Assembly (NCBI GenBank): GCA_910577815.1 | Contig: CAJTNO010000003.1 | Coordinates: forward strand, 1,586-65,585 | Length of the DNA: 64,000 nucleotides | Direction of reading: 5' to 3' | Source of the DNA: an uncultured Christensenella sp. | Lineage (GTDB): Bacteria; Bacillota; Clostridia; Christensenellales; CAG-917 | In this document: in pieces, positions 46,895-55,099 of the stretch | Position numbering within the stretch: position 1 is the first letter of the stretch | Layout: each line of letters begins with the position of its first letter | Position numbers and translations under genes: made by a program | The notes under the pieces: generated by a model | What the model was told of the DNA's origin: nothing | Seen by the model: the letters and a program-made list of their open reading frames with translations, nothing else | The model's database searches: none

Positions 46895-46984
46895 GTTGGG
46901 TTATAGAGAGTAATTCTCTCGCTGTGTTGTACAGTTGGAGGAAATGGTTTTGTTTTCCATTGTCCTTCAACTGCAACCCATTTT
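46895..46984 (+). ncRNA. Candidate structured small RNA or tRNA-Ser 5' leader (about 90 nt)
   Basis: Hand fold. Closing stem UGGGUU (46897-46902) / AACCCA (46975-46980). Hairpin GAGAG-UAAUU-CUCUC. A 16-bp hairpin at 46932-46973 has a U-rich 9-nt loop. UUUU follows. Confidence 0.35.
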
Positions 46985-47031
46985 AAATTTAAATTGAATA
47001 AAGTTGGTTGTACAAACCGATTTTATAAAAT

Positions 47032-47124
47032 GGAGAAGTCGCCTAGTTTGGTCGAGGGCGCGCGACTGGAAATCGCGTAACCGTCAAAAGCGGTTCAAGA
47101 GTTCGAATCTCTTCTTCTCCGCCA
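47032..47124 (+). tRNA. tRNA-Ser (anticodon GGA), long variable arm, CCA encoded
   Basis: GGAGAAG acceptor stem, anticodon stem-loop CGCGA-CTGGAAA-TCGCG, variable arm AACCG...CGGTT, T-arm AAGAGTTCGAATCTCTT, 3' CTTCTCCGCCA. Confidence 0.9.
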
Positions 47125-47150
47125 AAAGCCACTGAACAGTGGCTTTTTTG
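47125..47150 (+). terminator. Intrinsic terminator after tRNA-Ser
   Basis: AGCCAC-TGAACA-GTGGCT followed by T6. Confidence 0.8.
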
Positions 47151-47845
47151 TATATAAAACCACCGGATAGTCCGGTGGTACAGTAGAGGTTTACCAGTGA
47201 GTAAAAATATTCCTCCTATGTTAGAATGTGGAAGTAGTCCGCAAAACTATAACACATTAAGCAAGGAGGAATTGTCATTATGGGAAATGACGTAAACAGT
47301 TTATCACACACGTCTTGGAATTGCAAATATCACATAGTATTTGCACCAAAGTATCGCAGGAAAGTATTCTATGGTGAGAAAAGATGAGAAATAGGTGCAA
47401 TTCTAAGACAGTTGTGTGAATGGAAAGGAGTAAAAATTATTGAGGCAGAGGTGTGCCCAGACCACGTACATATGCTGGTTGAAATACCACCAAAAATCGC
47501 TGTTTCGAGTTTTGTTGGCTTTTTAAAAGGAAAAAGCTCGTTGCTAATATATCAAAAGTGGGCGAATATGAAATTCAAGTATCGAAACAGAGAATTTTGG
47601 TGTAGAGGATATTACGTAGACACGGTTGGGAAAAATACAGCGAAGATAAAGGAGTATATCGCCAACCAACTGAAAGAAGATAAGGAGACGGAACAGATGA
47701 CAATAACGGAACTAATAGACCCGTTCAAAAAGTAAGAGGTTAGCGAACGCAAAAGGCGGACTATGGATAAGCGATTTCGCTATGCTAATAACAGAGGGTT
47801 ATACCCTCAAATTAAAAACCACCAGCTAGGCTGTTGGATTTTTAT
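47151..47845 (+). mobile_element. IS200/IS605-family element carrying only tnpA (boundaries approximate)
   Basis: A Y1 (HUH) transposase gene is flanked by similar subterminal hairpins that share the loop TAG. These are ACCACCGGA-TAG-TCCGGTGGT (47159-47179) and CCACCAGC-TAG-GCTGTTGG (47819-47837). No tnpB is present. Confidence 0.7.
47280..47735 (+). pseudogene. tnpA: IS200-type transposase TnpA interrupted by an in-frame TGA at codon 36
   Basis: Translation from the ATG at 47280 gives MGNDVNSLSHTSWNCKYHIVFAPKYRRKVFYGEKR*EIGAILRQLCEWKGVKIIEAEVCPDHVHMLVEIPP...EYIANQ. The HUH motif and catalytic Tyr region are intact. The stop is at 47385-47387. AGGAGG RBS upstream. Confidence 0.8.
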
Positions 47846-48032
47846 TCGTTGTTTAAAATGTCATATATATTCCAAGATAAGCGACAGAAAAAAGACGAAA
47901 TATAATTTACGTTAAACAAATCGTTATAAGGTTAGTAGAATTTTAAAGCATTGACACGCCTTAACGGCGGTGTTAGAATTATGTGGTAAAATTGACATAT
48001 TACGACATATAATAAGCTTTTGGAGGCTCGCT

Positions 48033-49895
48033 TTGAAAAAACGTTTAAAGCCGTTTGTAGCGGTCGGTATTATTACCTTAATTGTTGTTTGTCTTTCGTT
48101 AGGTTTATCCGCCTGTAACTTCGACGGGCTTGAATCCCGCAATCTTAATAATATTGCCGACCAGTTTGCATATGCTATGCTCGGCAACGACGCGTACTCC
48201 TGGAATGTGTTTGCGGTGGACGCCGAAAAGTCCTTCGGTCATAAGGTGGACAGCGATAGCAAGTGGTATTCATACAGCAGTCCGACGCGACAGGATATGT
48301 CCGACACATATTCCGCATTCAGTTTTTTCTATAAGTATCTGTTGCAAATCAATAAGAGTAAGCTTAGCGGCAACGACATTGCCACCTATAATATGATGAA
48401 GTATGTGCTGGACTCATATCTGAACTATTACGGCTCGTCATACGCGCTGGAGTTTACGCTTATGGGCGGCTCGTATATTAGCTCTCAGGGCGGATATGTG
48501 GCCGATTTTACAAGCTGTGTGGAAAACTATTCGTTAAGGACTAAAAACGATTTGGACGTTTTGCTTTCTATCACACGTTCGACCGACGAGGCGTTCAGAA
48601 GCTATCTGAATTTCGCCGCAGACCGCGTAGCCGCCGATATGCCGCTTTACGACTATACTTTAAACGAAATGCAGGCTTATCTTGCGGAAATTTTGGAGCA
48701 GGGCGAAAGCTATTATCTATACAAATTTTTGAATGATAAAATCGATGCCGCGGAATTTTTGACCGAACAGCAGAAGATGTCCTATAAAGCTTCATATAAG
48801 AGCGCATTGAATAACGAATTTTTCGCGGGCGTGAGAGCGTTGCACAGCGGACTTGATTTGTATAAGGGCAACGTAACTCAGACCGACAGGTCATATCTTG
48901 CCGCATACGGAGCAGCGGGCAGAGCCTATTATAAGTGGTGCTTCGAGAACAAGACGGGATTGTTTAACGTAAATCTTGAAAAGGTGTTCGATGATTTATT
49001 AGATGAGCTTGACGTATATTCCGATAAAATGATTGAGTTGGAGGAGCATATAGATAGTCTTGAAACATCCGATAAAGCGGTATTTAACGAGTTTACCGCA
49101 TATATGAACGGCGAAAAAGCTTTATTAGACCTTACCGACCCCGTAGAAATGCTGGAATATCTTAAGGACGCGTCAAAAGCAATAGTTCCCGATTTAAAAA
49201 ACGAACCCGATATAGATTTTAAATATATGGACGAAACGGTTGCAAAAAGAGTATCGACAATGGCTTACTATCTTTTGTCGCCTATCGACGAGGTGAATGC
49301 TACTGAGCATATTACGCTAAATCCGTATTATACGGATAATTCGCCGGACAGTCCGCTGTTGCTTACGATTGCGCACGAGGGCTATCCGGGGCACTTATAT
49401 GCACACGTAAACAGTAAGGAAATGGGCTCGAGTCTGATTGTGGCGATAGAAAGGGTATCAACCTTCTCGGAGGGCTGGTCGCTTTACACCGAGCTTGCCG
49501 TGCTCGATTTGATTTCCGAGAATACTCAGAATAAAGCCTTAAAGCTTTATTGCGAATATTTGCGCTACGATACGATTAGCGGTTATATAACGATGGTTTT
49601 ATATGACTTAAACTTCAATTACTTCGGATATGATGTCGAGGACGGAGAAAATTCGGGAACGGATATCGACAGCTTGCGAAGCCGTATAGAATATTTTATG
49701 GAAATACCGTCTACTTACGTTTCGTACGGTTACGGAATTTACTTTATGAATAATTTGCACGAGCAGGCAAAGGCAACCTTGGGCGATAAATACAATGAAG
49801 TCGAGTTCAATAAGCTTTTGCTTTCAGAAGGCTCGGGACCCACTTTGACGCGTGCGCAGGAATTGACAAACAATTACATTTATTCAAAAGCATAA
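48033..49895 (+). CDS. DUF885-family lipoprotein
   Basis: TTG at 48033 follows GGAGG and gives (M)KKRLKPFVAVGIITLIVVCLSLGLSAC with a clear LSAC lipobox. HEGYPGHLY is the DUF885 signature as I remember it. Confidence 0.7.
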   Translation: MKKRLKPFVAVGIITLIVVCLSLGLSACNFDGLESRNLNNIADQFAYAMLGNDAYSWNVFAVDAEKSFGHKVDSDSKWYSYSSPTRQDMSDTYSAFSFFYKYLLQINKSKLSGNDIATYNMMKYVLDSYLNYYGSSYALEFTLMGGSYISSQGGYVADFTSCVENYSLRTKNDLDVLLSITRSTDEAFRSYLNFAADRVAADMPLYDYTLNEMQAYLAEILEQGESYYLYKFLNDKIDAAEFLTEQQKMSYKASYKSALNNEFFAGVRALHSGLDLYKGNVTQTDRSYLAAYGAAGRAYYKWCFENKTGLFNVNLEKVFDDLLDELDVYSDKMIELEEHIDSLETSDKAVFNEFTAYMNGEKALLDLTDPVEMLEYLKDASKAIVPDLKNEPDIDFKYMDETVAKRVSTMAYYLLSPIDEVNATEHITLNPYYTDNSPDSPLLLTIAHEGYPGHLYAHVNSKEMGSSLIVAIERVSTFSEGWSLYTELAVLDLISENTQNKALKLYCEYLRYDTISGYITMVLYDLNFNYFGYDVEDGENSGTDIDSLRSRIEYFMEIPSTYVSYGYGIYFMNNLHEQAKATLGDKYNEVEFNKLLLSEGSGPTLTRAQELTNNYIYSKA

Positions 49896-49919
49896 TTGTA
49901 AGCTGAATTAAATAATCAG

Positions 49920-49945
49920 GGAGCGTTTGTTTAAACGCTCCTTTT
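49920..49945 (+). terminator. Intrinsic terminator
   Basis: GGAGCGTTT-GTTT-AAACGCTCC followed by TTTT. Confidence 0.8.
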
Positions 49946-50002
49946 GCTATCACCTAATTACCTCTGTCGAAATATAATGGTAAAAAACTCGGAGGGGAAC
50001 TG

Positions 50003-51061
50003 ATGGCAAATCCACAATCATTTTACATCGGCGGTAACGACGAACACGGAATAAATCCGCCAACCGTAGGTAAGCGCACGCCCATAATGCCTTATATAAA
50101 CAGAAGCTTTTATGAAAACGAATTCAACCGACCTGCAAAATACTATTTTTTGATAGCCTGTCTGCGCAGCGGATTTAATGTATTCGACGTTAAACCCGAG
50201 TTTACGGACACGTCTATCAGCCAACGCGTAACAAGAGTGAACAGACAGGGCTTGACGCTTGTTGTTACATATGCTTACAATGCGGCAAACAACTCCTCGC
50301 AATTCTCATCGCCAAACGGTCATAAGGTTTATTATTCGCGCGAAAACAGATTTTCCAATTCAAGCAGACTGCTTGCATTCGATATATCTGAGGGCTTGAC
50401 GGAGGAGCTTAGCACAAACAACCTCGGAGTAGGTACGCTTACCGAGATAGGGATGCTCCGTTCGGTTAATTGTCCTGCGGCTCTGTGCGAGTGCGGCTTT
50501 ATGACAAATCTTACCGAAGCCAAGCTTATGGTTGACCCCGATTTTCAGCGTCAGTGCGGCGACGGCGGTTGTATAGGAGTATGCAATAACCTTGACGTCA
50601 ATTACGAGCCGGATGTTGATTATTCCGAAATGCCTACCGTGAGATTGGGCAACAGGGGAAACACGGTTAAATTTTTACAGTGCTATCTTAATCTGTACGG
50701 AAATCAGTTGTCGGTGGACGGACAGTTCGGTTCAGGCACTCAATCGGCGGTGATAAAGTTCCAAAGAGATAACGGACTGACTGCCGACGGAATTGTGGGC
50801 AGAAACACTTGGCGTAAGCTTTTGATGCAGGATGCGACGTTGCCCGTATTGCGGCAGGGTTCGAGAGGAGTATATGTGCGCTATCTACAGCAAAAGCTAC
50901 TGTCCAAATTGTATTCCGTAGGCACGATAGACGGCATTTTCGGAGCAAATACCACAAGTGCTGTAAAACAATTTCAGCAGGATAACGGACTAAGCCCGGA
51001 CGGCATTGTAGGACCTCTGACCTGGGCAAGGCTGACTCCTATCGGCGGTGGCAGGTCATAA
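50003..51061 (+). CDS. N-acetylmuramoyl-L-alanine amidase (Amidase_3-like) with two C-terminal PG_binding_1 repeats; no signal peptide
   Basis: 352 aa. An amidase core (ECGFMTN) is followed by two repeats of the LQ..L......DG.FG..T..AV..FQ.DNGL..DGIVG..TW..L pattern. Confidence 0.7.
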   Translation: MANPQSFYIGGNDEHGINPPTVGKRTPIMPYINRSFYENEFNRPAKYYFLIACLRSGFNVFDVKPEFTDTSISQRVTRVNRQGLTLVVTYAYNAANNSSQFSSPNGHKVYYSRENRFSNSSRLLAFDISEGLTEELSTNNLGVGTLTEIGMLRSVNCPAALCECGFMTNLTEAKLMVDPDFQRQCGDGGCIGVCNNLDVNYEPDVDYSEMPTVRLGNRGNTVKFLQCYLNLYGNQLSVDGQFGSGTQSAVIKFQRDNGLTADGIVGRNTWRKLLMQDATLPVLRQGSRGVYVRYLQQKLLSKLYSVGTIDGIFGANTTSAVKQFQQDNGLSPDGIVGPLTWARLTPIGGGRS

Positions 51062-51078
51062 TAAAATTATTTGATAGC

Positions 51079-51105
51079 AAAAAGAGCGGATATACCGCTC
51101 TTTTT
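51079..51105. terminator. Bidirectional intrinsic terminator between convergent genes
   Basis: AGAGCGG-ATATA-CCGCTCT with an A5 tract upstream and a T5 tract downstream. Confidence 0.8.
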
Positions 51106-51131
51106 AGTTTTGCTTGTAACGTATGATTGGC

Positions 51132-52673
51132 TTACCAAAGGTCGTCGTTTCTTACAACATCCGCGCCTTGTGCCGCGCGCGCAATGGCGTCAATGCCTTT
51201 CTTAGCGGCGTCCTTGGAGAGGTAGCCGTCGTTTGTTGTGGCAACCATATTGCCGTTGGTAGCGATAAGTCTTAAACGTACTTCCTCGCGCTTATCGTTA
51301 TAGATTATCCACTTGGGGCATTTTTGCTCTTTGATGTTTTTGAGCGTCTGGTCCTCGATAGGCGCAACGGCAGCGTTGTTTATTACGCTCTGGATGCCGC
51401 TCTTGCAAGCGGAAAGAGAAGTGTAGAAGCCTGCGGAAATTGCGACGACCTTATTGTTTGCCGAAAAAAGTTTAAATACGAAATTGTCGTTGTCCGTGCG
51501 CTTTATTACAAACTTGCCGTGAGGCACGCCCTGTGCGCCTTCGATAATAACCGTTTCGGTTGCCTTTTTGGTTGCGGGTGTAGCTTTTTCTTTTGCCATA
51601 ATATCATTCTCCAAATTATTATTTACAGCTAAATTATAGCTGTCGAGTTTCACAATTTTGCCGTTGATTATGATTTCCTCCAAAGGGTCAAAGTCATAGC
51701 TTTGTATCCTATGCGGAGTCGTATCCTCAACTGCTTTTACGTTTGCGCGGTTTGCGCGTCCGAGATTCGATTGCAGATTGTTTGTTTTATTTGCCTTCGG
51801 CTTCGGTGCAGGGGCGGCTTTAGGCTTTTGCTGCTGGTCCTTAGGCAGTTTAACCGCCGCTACAGGCATTTTCTTTACGGGAGCCTCGGGCTTTGCAGTC
51901 TTAGCCGCAGTGCTTTGCTTGGCAGTAGACGCTTTAGTATCCGAAGCTTTTGCTTTGGTTGCGGTCGACTTAGCTGTAGCTGCGGACTTTGCGGGAGCTT
52001 TAGCGGCAGTGGTCTGTTTTGCCGTCGCAGTCTTTTTTTCTGTTGCCGGCTTAGCGGTAGCCGCCGCTTTAGCTGTTGTTGATTTAGTAGAAGCAGCTTT
52101 TGCGGTTGTCGCTTTTGTCTGCTCGGTCTTTTTAACCGTAGCCTTTGGCGCAGTGGCAGCAGCCTTATTGGCGGTTGCTTTAGGCGCAGTAGTTTGCTTT
52201 GTCTTATCCTGTGCCTTAGGCGTTGCCTCCGTCTTTGAAGCCGTGGGCTTAGCCGCTACTGTAGTCGGCTTTGCTTTGGCTGTCGATGTCGCTTTAGTTA
52301 TGTTATCGTTAGATTTTGCCGTAGCGGTCTTTGCAGACGTAGCCCTTGTCGGGGCAGCCGTAGCTTTAGATGCAGATGTTGTTTTAGCGGAAGCCGCCGA
52401 TTTTGCCGGTTCAGGCTTATCCGCGGATTTTTTTGGAGTAGGCGCAGGAGGAGCAGGGGGAGGGGGCGGCGCAGTGTAATGCGAAAAATAGTCCTCGTTT
52501 AATAACGGAACCTTGGGCTTGTCCTCGATAAGAGTAGACGTAACCCTGCGAGTGGTGCTTTTTTCACCTTGACGAATAAGAGTGGCGACGGGAGCGTCGT
52601 CATCATCGTCGAGAACCTCGCAGTCGTAAATTATATAATCGTCCTCGTCAATTATATAATATTCGTCATCCAT
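51132..52673 (-). CDS. Tripartite protein: acidic N-terminus, Pro-rich linker plus a roughly 250-aa Ala/Lys/Thr/Pro histone-H1-like tract, and two C-terminal YegP/DUF1508 domains
   Basis: ATG at 52673 is preceded by GAGG (the track start at 52685 is GTG). The N-terminus is MDDEYYIIDEDDYIIYDCEVLDDDDD. PPPPPAPPAPTP follows, then long AKxTAxK-type repeats. The C-terminus has GKFVIKRTDNDNFVFKLFSANNKVVAIS... and KWIIYNDKREEVRLRLIATNGNMVATT..., which are YegP-like repeats. Confidence 0.75.
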   Translation of the reverse strand: MDDEYYIIDEDDYIIYDCEVLDDDDDAPVATLIRQGEKSTTRRVTSTLIEDKPKVPLLNEDYFSHYTAPPPPPAPPAPTPKKSADKPEPAKSAASAKTTSASKATAAPTRATSAKTATAKSNDNITKATSTAKAKPTTVAAKPTASKTEATPKAQDKTKQTTAPKATANKAAATAPKATVKKTEQTKATTAKAASTKSTTAKAAATAKPATEKKTATAKQTTAAKAPAKSAATAKSTATKAKASDTKASTAKQSTAAKTAKPEAPVKKMPVAAVKLPKDQQQKPKAAPAPKPKANKTNNLQSNLGRANRANVKAVEDTTPHRIQSYDFDPLEEIIINGKIVKLDSYNLAVNNNLENDIMAKEKATPATKKATETVIIEGAQGVPHGKFVIKRTDNDNFVFKLFSANNKVVAISAGFYTSLSACKSGIQSVINNAAVAPIEDQTLKNIKEQKCPKWIIYNDKREEVRLRLIATNGNMVATTNDGYLSKDAAKKGIDAIARAAQGADVVRNDDLW

Positions 52674-52827
52674 ACCCAACCTCACATAATTGCTTTCACT
52701 TATAATATACGCCAGTATACAGCATTATTTGCAATTATATTATATATTCTAACACATAAAATTACACAAATCAACAGAGAAAGCGGTTTTTTTAAAGGAT
52801 ATTTTTTCCTGTTTACTCTCAAAAAAA

Positions 52828-52856
52828 TTGAAAAAGCGCGGATATTATGCTATAAT
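52828..52856 (+). promoter_or_regulatory. Promoter of pcrA-ligA
   Basis: TTGAAA (52828-52833), 17-nt spacer, TATAAT (52851-52856), 9 nt before the pcrA ATG region. Confidence 0.6.
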
Positions 52857-52865
52857 CGTTACATT

Positions 52866-55091
52866 ATGGATTTGGAATTCAAGTTGAATGCACAGCAAGC
52901 CGAAGCTGTTGGGGATACGGAAGGCGCTATTTTGGTCATTGCGGGCGCGGGGAGCGGTAAAACAAGAGTGCTTACCGCAAGGATTTGCCATCTTATAGAG
53001 ATGGGAGTATCTCCGTACAACATTTTGGCAATTACTTTTACAAACAAAGCCGCGGCTGAAATGAAGGAGCGTATAGAAAAAGCTATAGGCAACGCGGCGG
53101 TATGGACAAGCACTTTCCATTCTATGTGCGCGCGCATTCTGCGACAGGACGGGGATAGGCTCGGTTATGATAAGGATTTTACAATATACACGGAGCAGGA
53201 AAGCTCGCGCCTTGTGAAGCGCATTATTCAGGATAATCCGTCGTTCGACCCTAAAAAGTACGGCGAATATCTGTGGCATATTTCTCGCGCAAAAACCCTA
53301 TCGCTGGGACCTGCGGCGTATTATCACGAGATTAAAAACGACGTAAACAACGCAAACGATATAGCGCAGATTTACAATAAATACGAGGAAGAGCTTAAGC
53401 GCTGTAACTGTATGGACTTCGATGATTTGCTGTTGAAGACCGCTCAGCTTTTTGAAGAATGTCCAGACGTGCTTGAAAGGTATCGGAGCAGGTTTAAATA
53501 CATACACGTCGACGAGTTTCAGGATACTAACGTTTTGCAGTATAAGCTTGTAAAAATGCTTGCGCAGGGAAGCGGCAATTTATTTGTCGTAGGCGACGAG
53601 GACCAGTCGATATACAGCTGGAGAGGCGCGGAAATCCGCAATATATTGGATTTTCATAAGGATTTTGCAGGGGCAAAGGTATATAAGCTGGAGCAGAATT
53701 ATCGCAGTACTACGTCCATATTGCAGGCGGCGAACAACGTAATAAAATATAACTCAAACCGCAACGAAAAAACTCTGTGGAGCGAAATTAAGGAAAACGA
53801 CTCCGTTGAGTATTACGAAGCGTATTCCGACCGAGACGAGGCGGCGCAGACGGCAAGGGCGATAAATCTGCTTGTAAGGCACGGCGGCAATTACAGAGGT
53901 ATAGCGGTGCTCGTACGCGCAAACTCGCTTACGCGTCAATTCGAGGAGGAATTTAACCTACACGGGATTCCTTATAAGGTTTTCGGCGGCTTTAGATTTT
54001 TCGAGCGTAAGGAAATCAAGGATACGCTTGCGTACGTGCGAATAGCGCTTAATCCCAGCGATAACGACAGCATACTCAGAGTAATAAACTATCCCAAGCG
54101 CGGAATAGGCGCTTCCTCGGTCGCGGAGCTTGTAAATTATGCGCAAAGCCACAATATGACGCTGTTTTCTGTGCTTTTAAATCCCGAGGCACTGAGTGCA
54201 AATTCTCAAAAGAAATTCGCTCCGTTTACGGATATCGCCGTAGATTTGGTTAAAAACGTAAAGGATATGCACCCCGAGGAGTTTATTCAATATGCTATCA
54301 GACGAAGCGGCATAGAAGCGGCGCTTGCTCAAAGCAAGGATATAGAAGATGCAAACAGGCTCGAGAATATCGAGGAGCTTGCGGGCGCGGTGAAGCAGTT
54401 TAAGCAGGATAATCCCGAACTCGGGATATCCGACTTTATGCAGTCGGTCGCGCTTGTATCCGATACCGACGAAATGGACGGGGACGATTATGTAACTATA
54501 GCCACTGTCCACGCGGTGAAGGGGCTTGAGTTTGACAGCGTATTTCTGGTGGGTATGGAGGACGGAATATTCCCGACTCAACGCGCTATAGCAAGCGGAG
54601 ATATCGAGGAGGAACGCCGCCTGATGTACGTGGCGATAACCCGCGCAAGACGCAAGCTGTTTGTCCTCAATGCTCGCAGCAGATACCGCTTCGGAAAGGT
54701 TGAGTATCTTCCCAAAAGCCGATTTATATACGAAATGTCGGGACAAAGACAATCCGTAAGACTAAATAATTCGGATTATTCCGCCTCGTCGCTGTCGCAG
54801 GAGTCGCGCATTAAGCTTGGCGCAAACAATATGCAGTCGCAGAGCTTTAAAAACAGATTTTCCAATGTTCAGACTCCGTCTAAGAGCGACACTGTGGATT
54901 ACGATAAATTTACAAAGGATACCGTCGTTCAGCATAATAAGTTCGGCAAGGGCGTAATAATTATGACGAGCGGCGACGGAGAGGATAAAATTGCGTCTAT
55001 CGCGTTCCAGGGACTCGGCGTAAAAAGATTTTCGCTTGCCATTGCCGCGTCAAATCTTAAAATATTAGGCAAGGTCAACGAGGATATCTGA
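52866..55091 (+). CDS. pcrA: ATP-dependent DNA helicase PcrA (UvrD family)
   Basis: ATG at 52866 gives MDLEFKLNAQQAEAVGDTEGAILVIAGAGSGKTRVL. DEFQDT, helicase motifs III-VI and TVHAVKGLEF are present. The track start at 52569 runs through the promoter and an AT-rich spacer. Confidence 0.95.
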   Translation: MDLEFKLNAQQAEAVGDTEGAILVIAGAGSGKTRVLTARICHLIEMGVSPYNILAITFTNKAAAEMKERIEKAIGNAAVWTSTFHSMCARILRQDGDRLGYDKDFTIYTEQESSRLVKRIIQDNPSFDPKKYGEYLWHISRAKTLSLGPAAYYHEIKNDVNNANDIAQIYNKYEEELKRCNCMDFDDLLLKTAQLFEECPDVLERYRSRFKYIHVDEFQDTNVLQYKLVKMLAQGSGNLFVVGDEDQSIYSWRGAEIRNILDFHKDFAGAKVYKLEQNYRSTTSILQAANNVIKYNSNRNEKTLWSEIKENDSVEYYEAYSDRDEAAQTARAINLLVRHGGNYRGIAVLVRANSLTRQFEEEFNLHGIPYKVFGGFRFFERKEIKDTLAYVRIALNPSDNDSILRVINYPKRGIGASSVAELVNYAQSHNMTLFSVLLNPEALSANSQKKFAPFTDIAVDLVKNVKDMHPEEFIQYAIRRSGIEAALAQSKDIEDANRLENIEELAGAVKQFKQDNPELGISDFMQSVALVSDTDEMDGDDYVTIATVHAVKGLEFDSVFLVGMEDGIFPTQRAIASGDIEEERRLMYVAITRARRKLFVLNARSRYRFGKVEYLPKSRFIYEMSGQRQSVRLNNSDYSASSLSQESRIKLGANNMQSQSFKNRFSNVQTPSKSDTVDYDKFTKDTVVQHNKFGKGVIIMTSGDGEDKIASIAFQGLGVKRFSLAIAASNLKILGKVNEDI

Positions 55092-55099
55092 GAGGTTTT

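Noticed and set aside
46936-46992. 17-codon ORF inside the candidate sRNA (ATG at 46943: MVLFSIVLQLQPILNLN).
   Set aside because: The GGAGGA ends only 1-2 nt before the ATG, which is too close for an SD. Both lie inside the 16-bp hairpin. The peptide has no recognisable features.
47385-47387. In-frame TGA in tnpA as evidence of a TGA-sense genetic code or selenocysteine.
   Set aside because: TGA terminates several well-defined genes in this window at the expected protein ends. I saw no SECIS-like hairpin immediately downstream. A simple nonsense mutation is the simplest reading.
51778-52479. 233-aa Ala/Gly/Phe/Val-rich + strand ORF, plus a 126-aa Cys/Arg/Leu-rich ORF at 51702..52082, opposite the H1-like tract.
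   Set aside because: They are mirror images of the GCx/AAR/ACx codon repeats on the minus strand. The minus-strand frame continues into recognisable YegP domains and has an RBS, whereas the + frames have neither.
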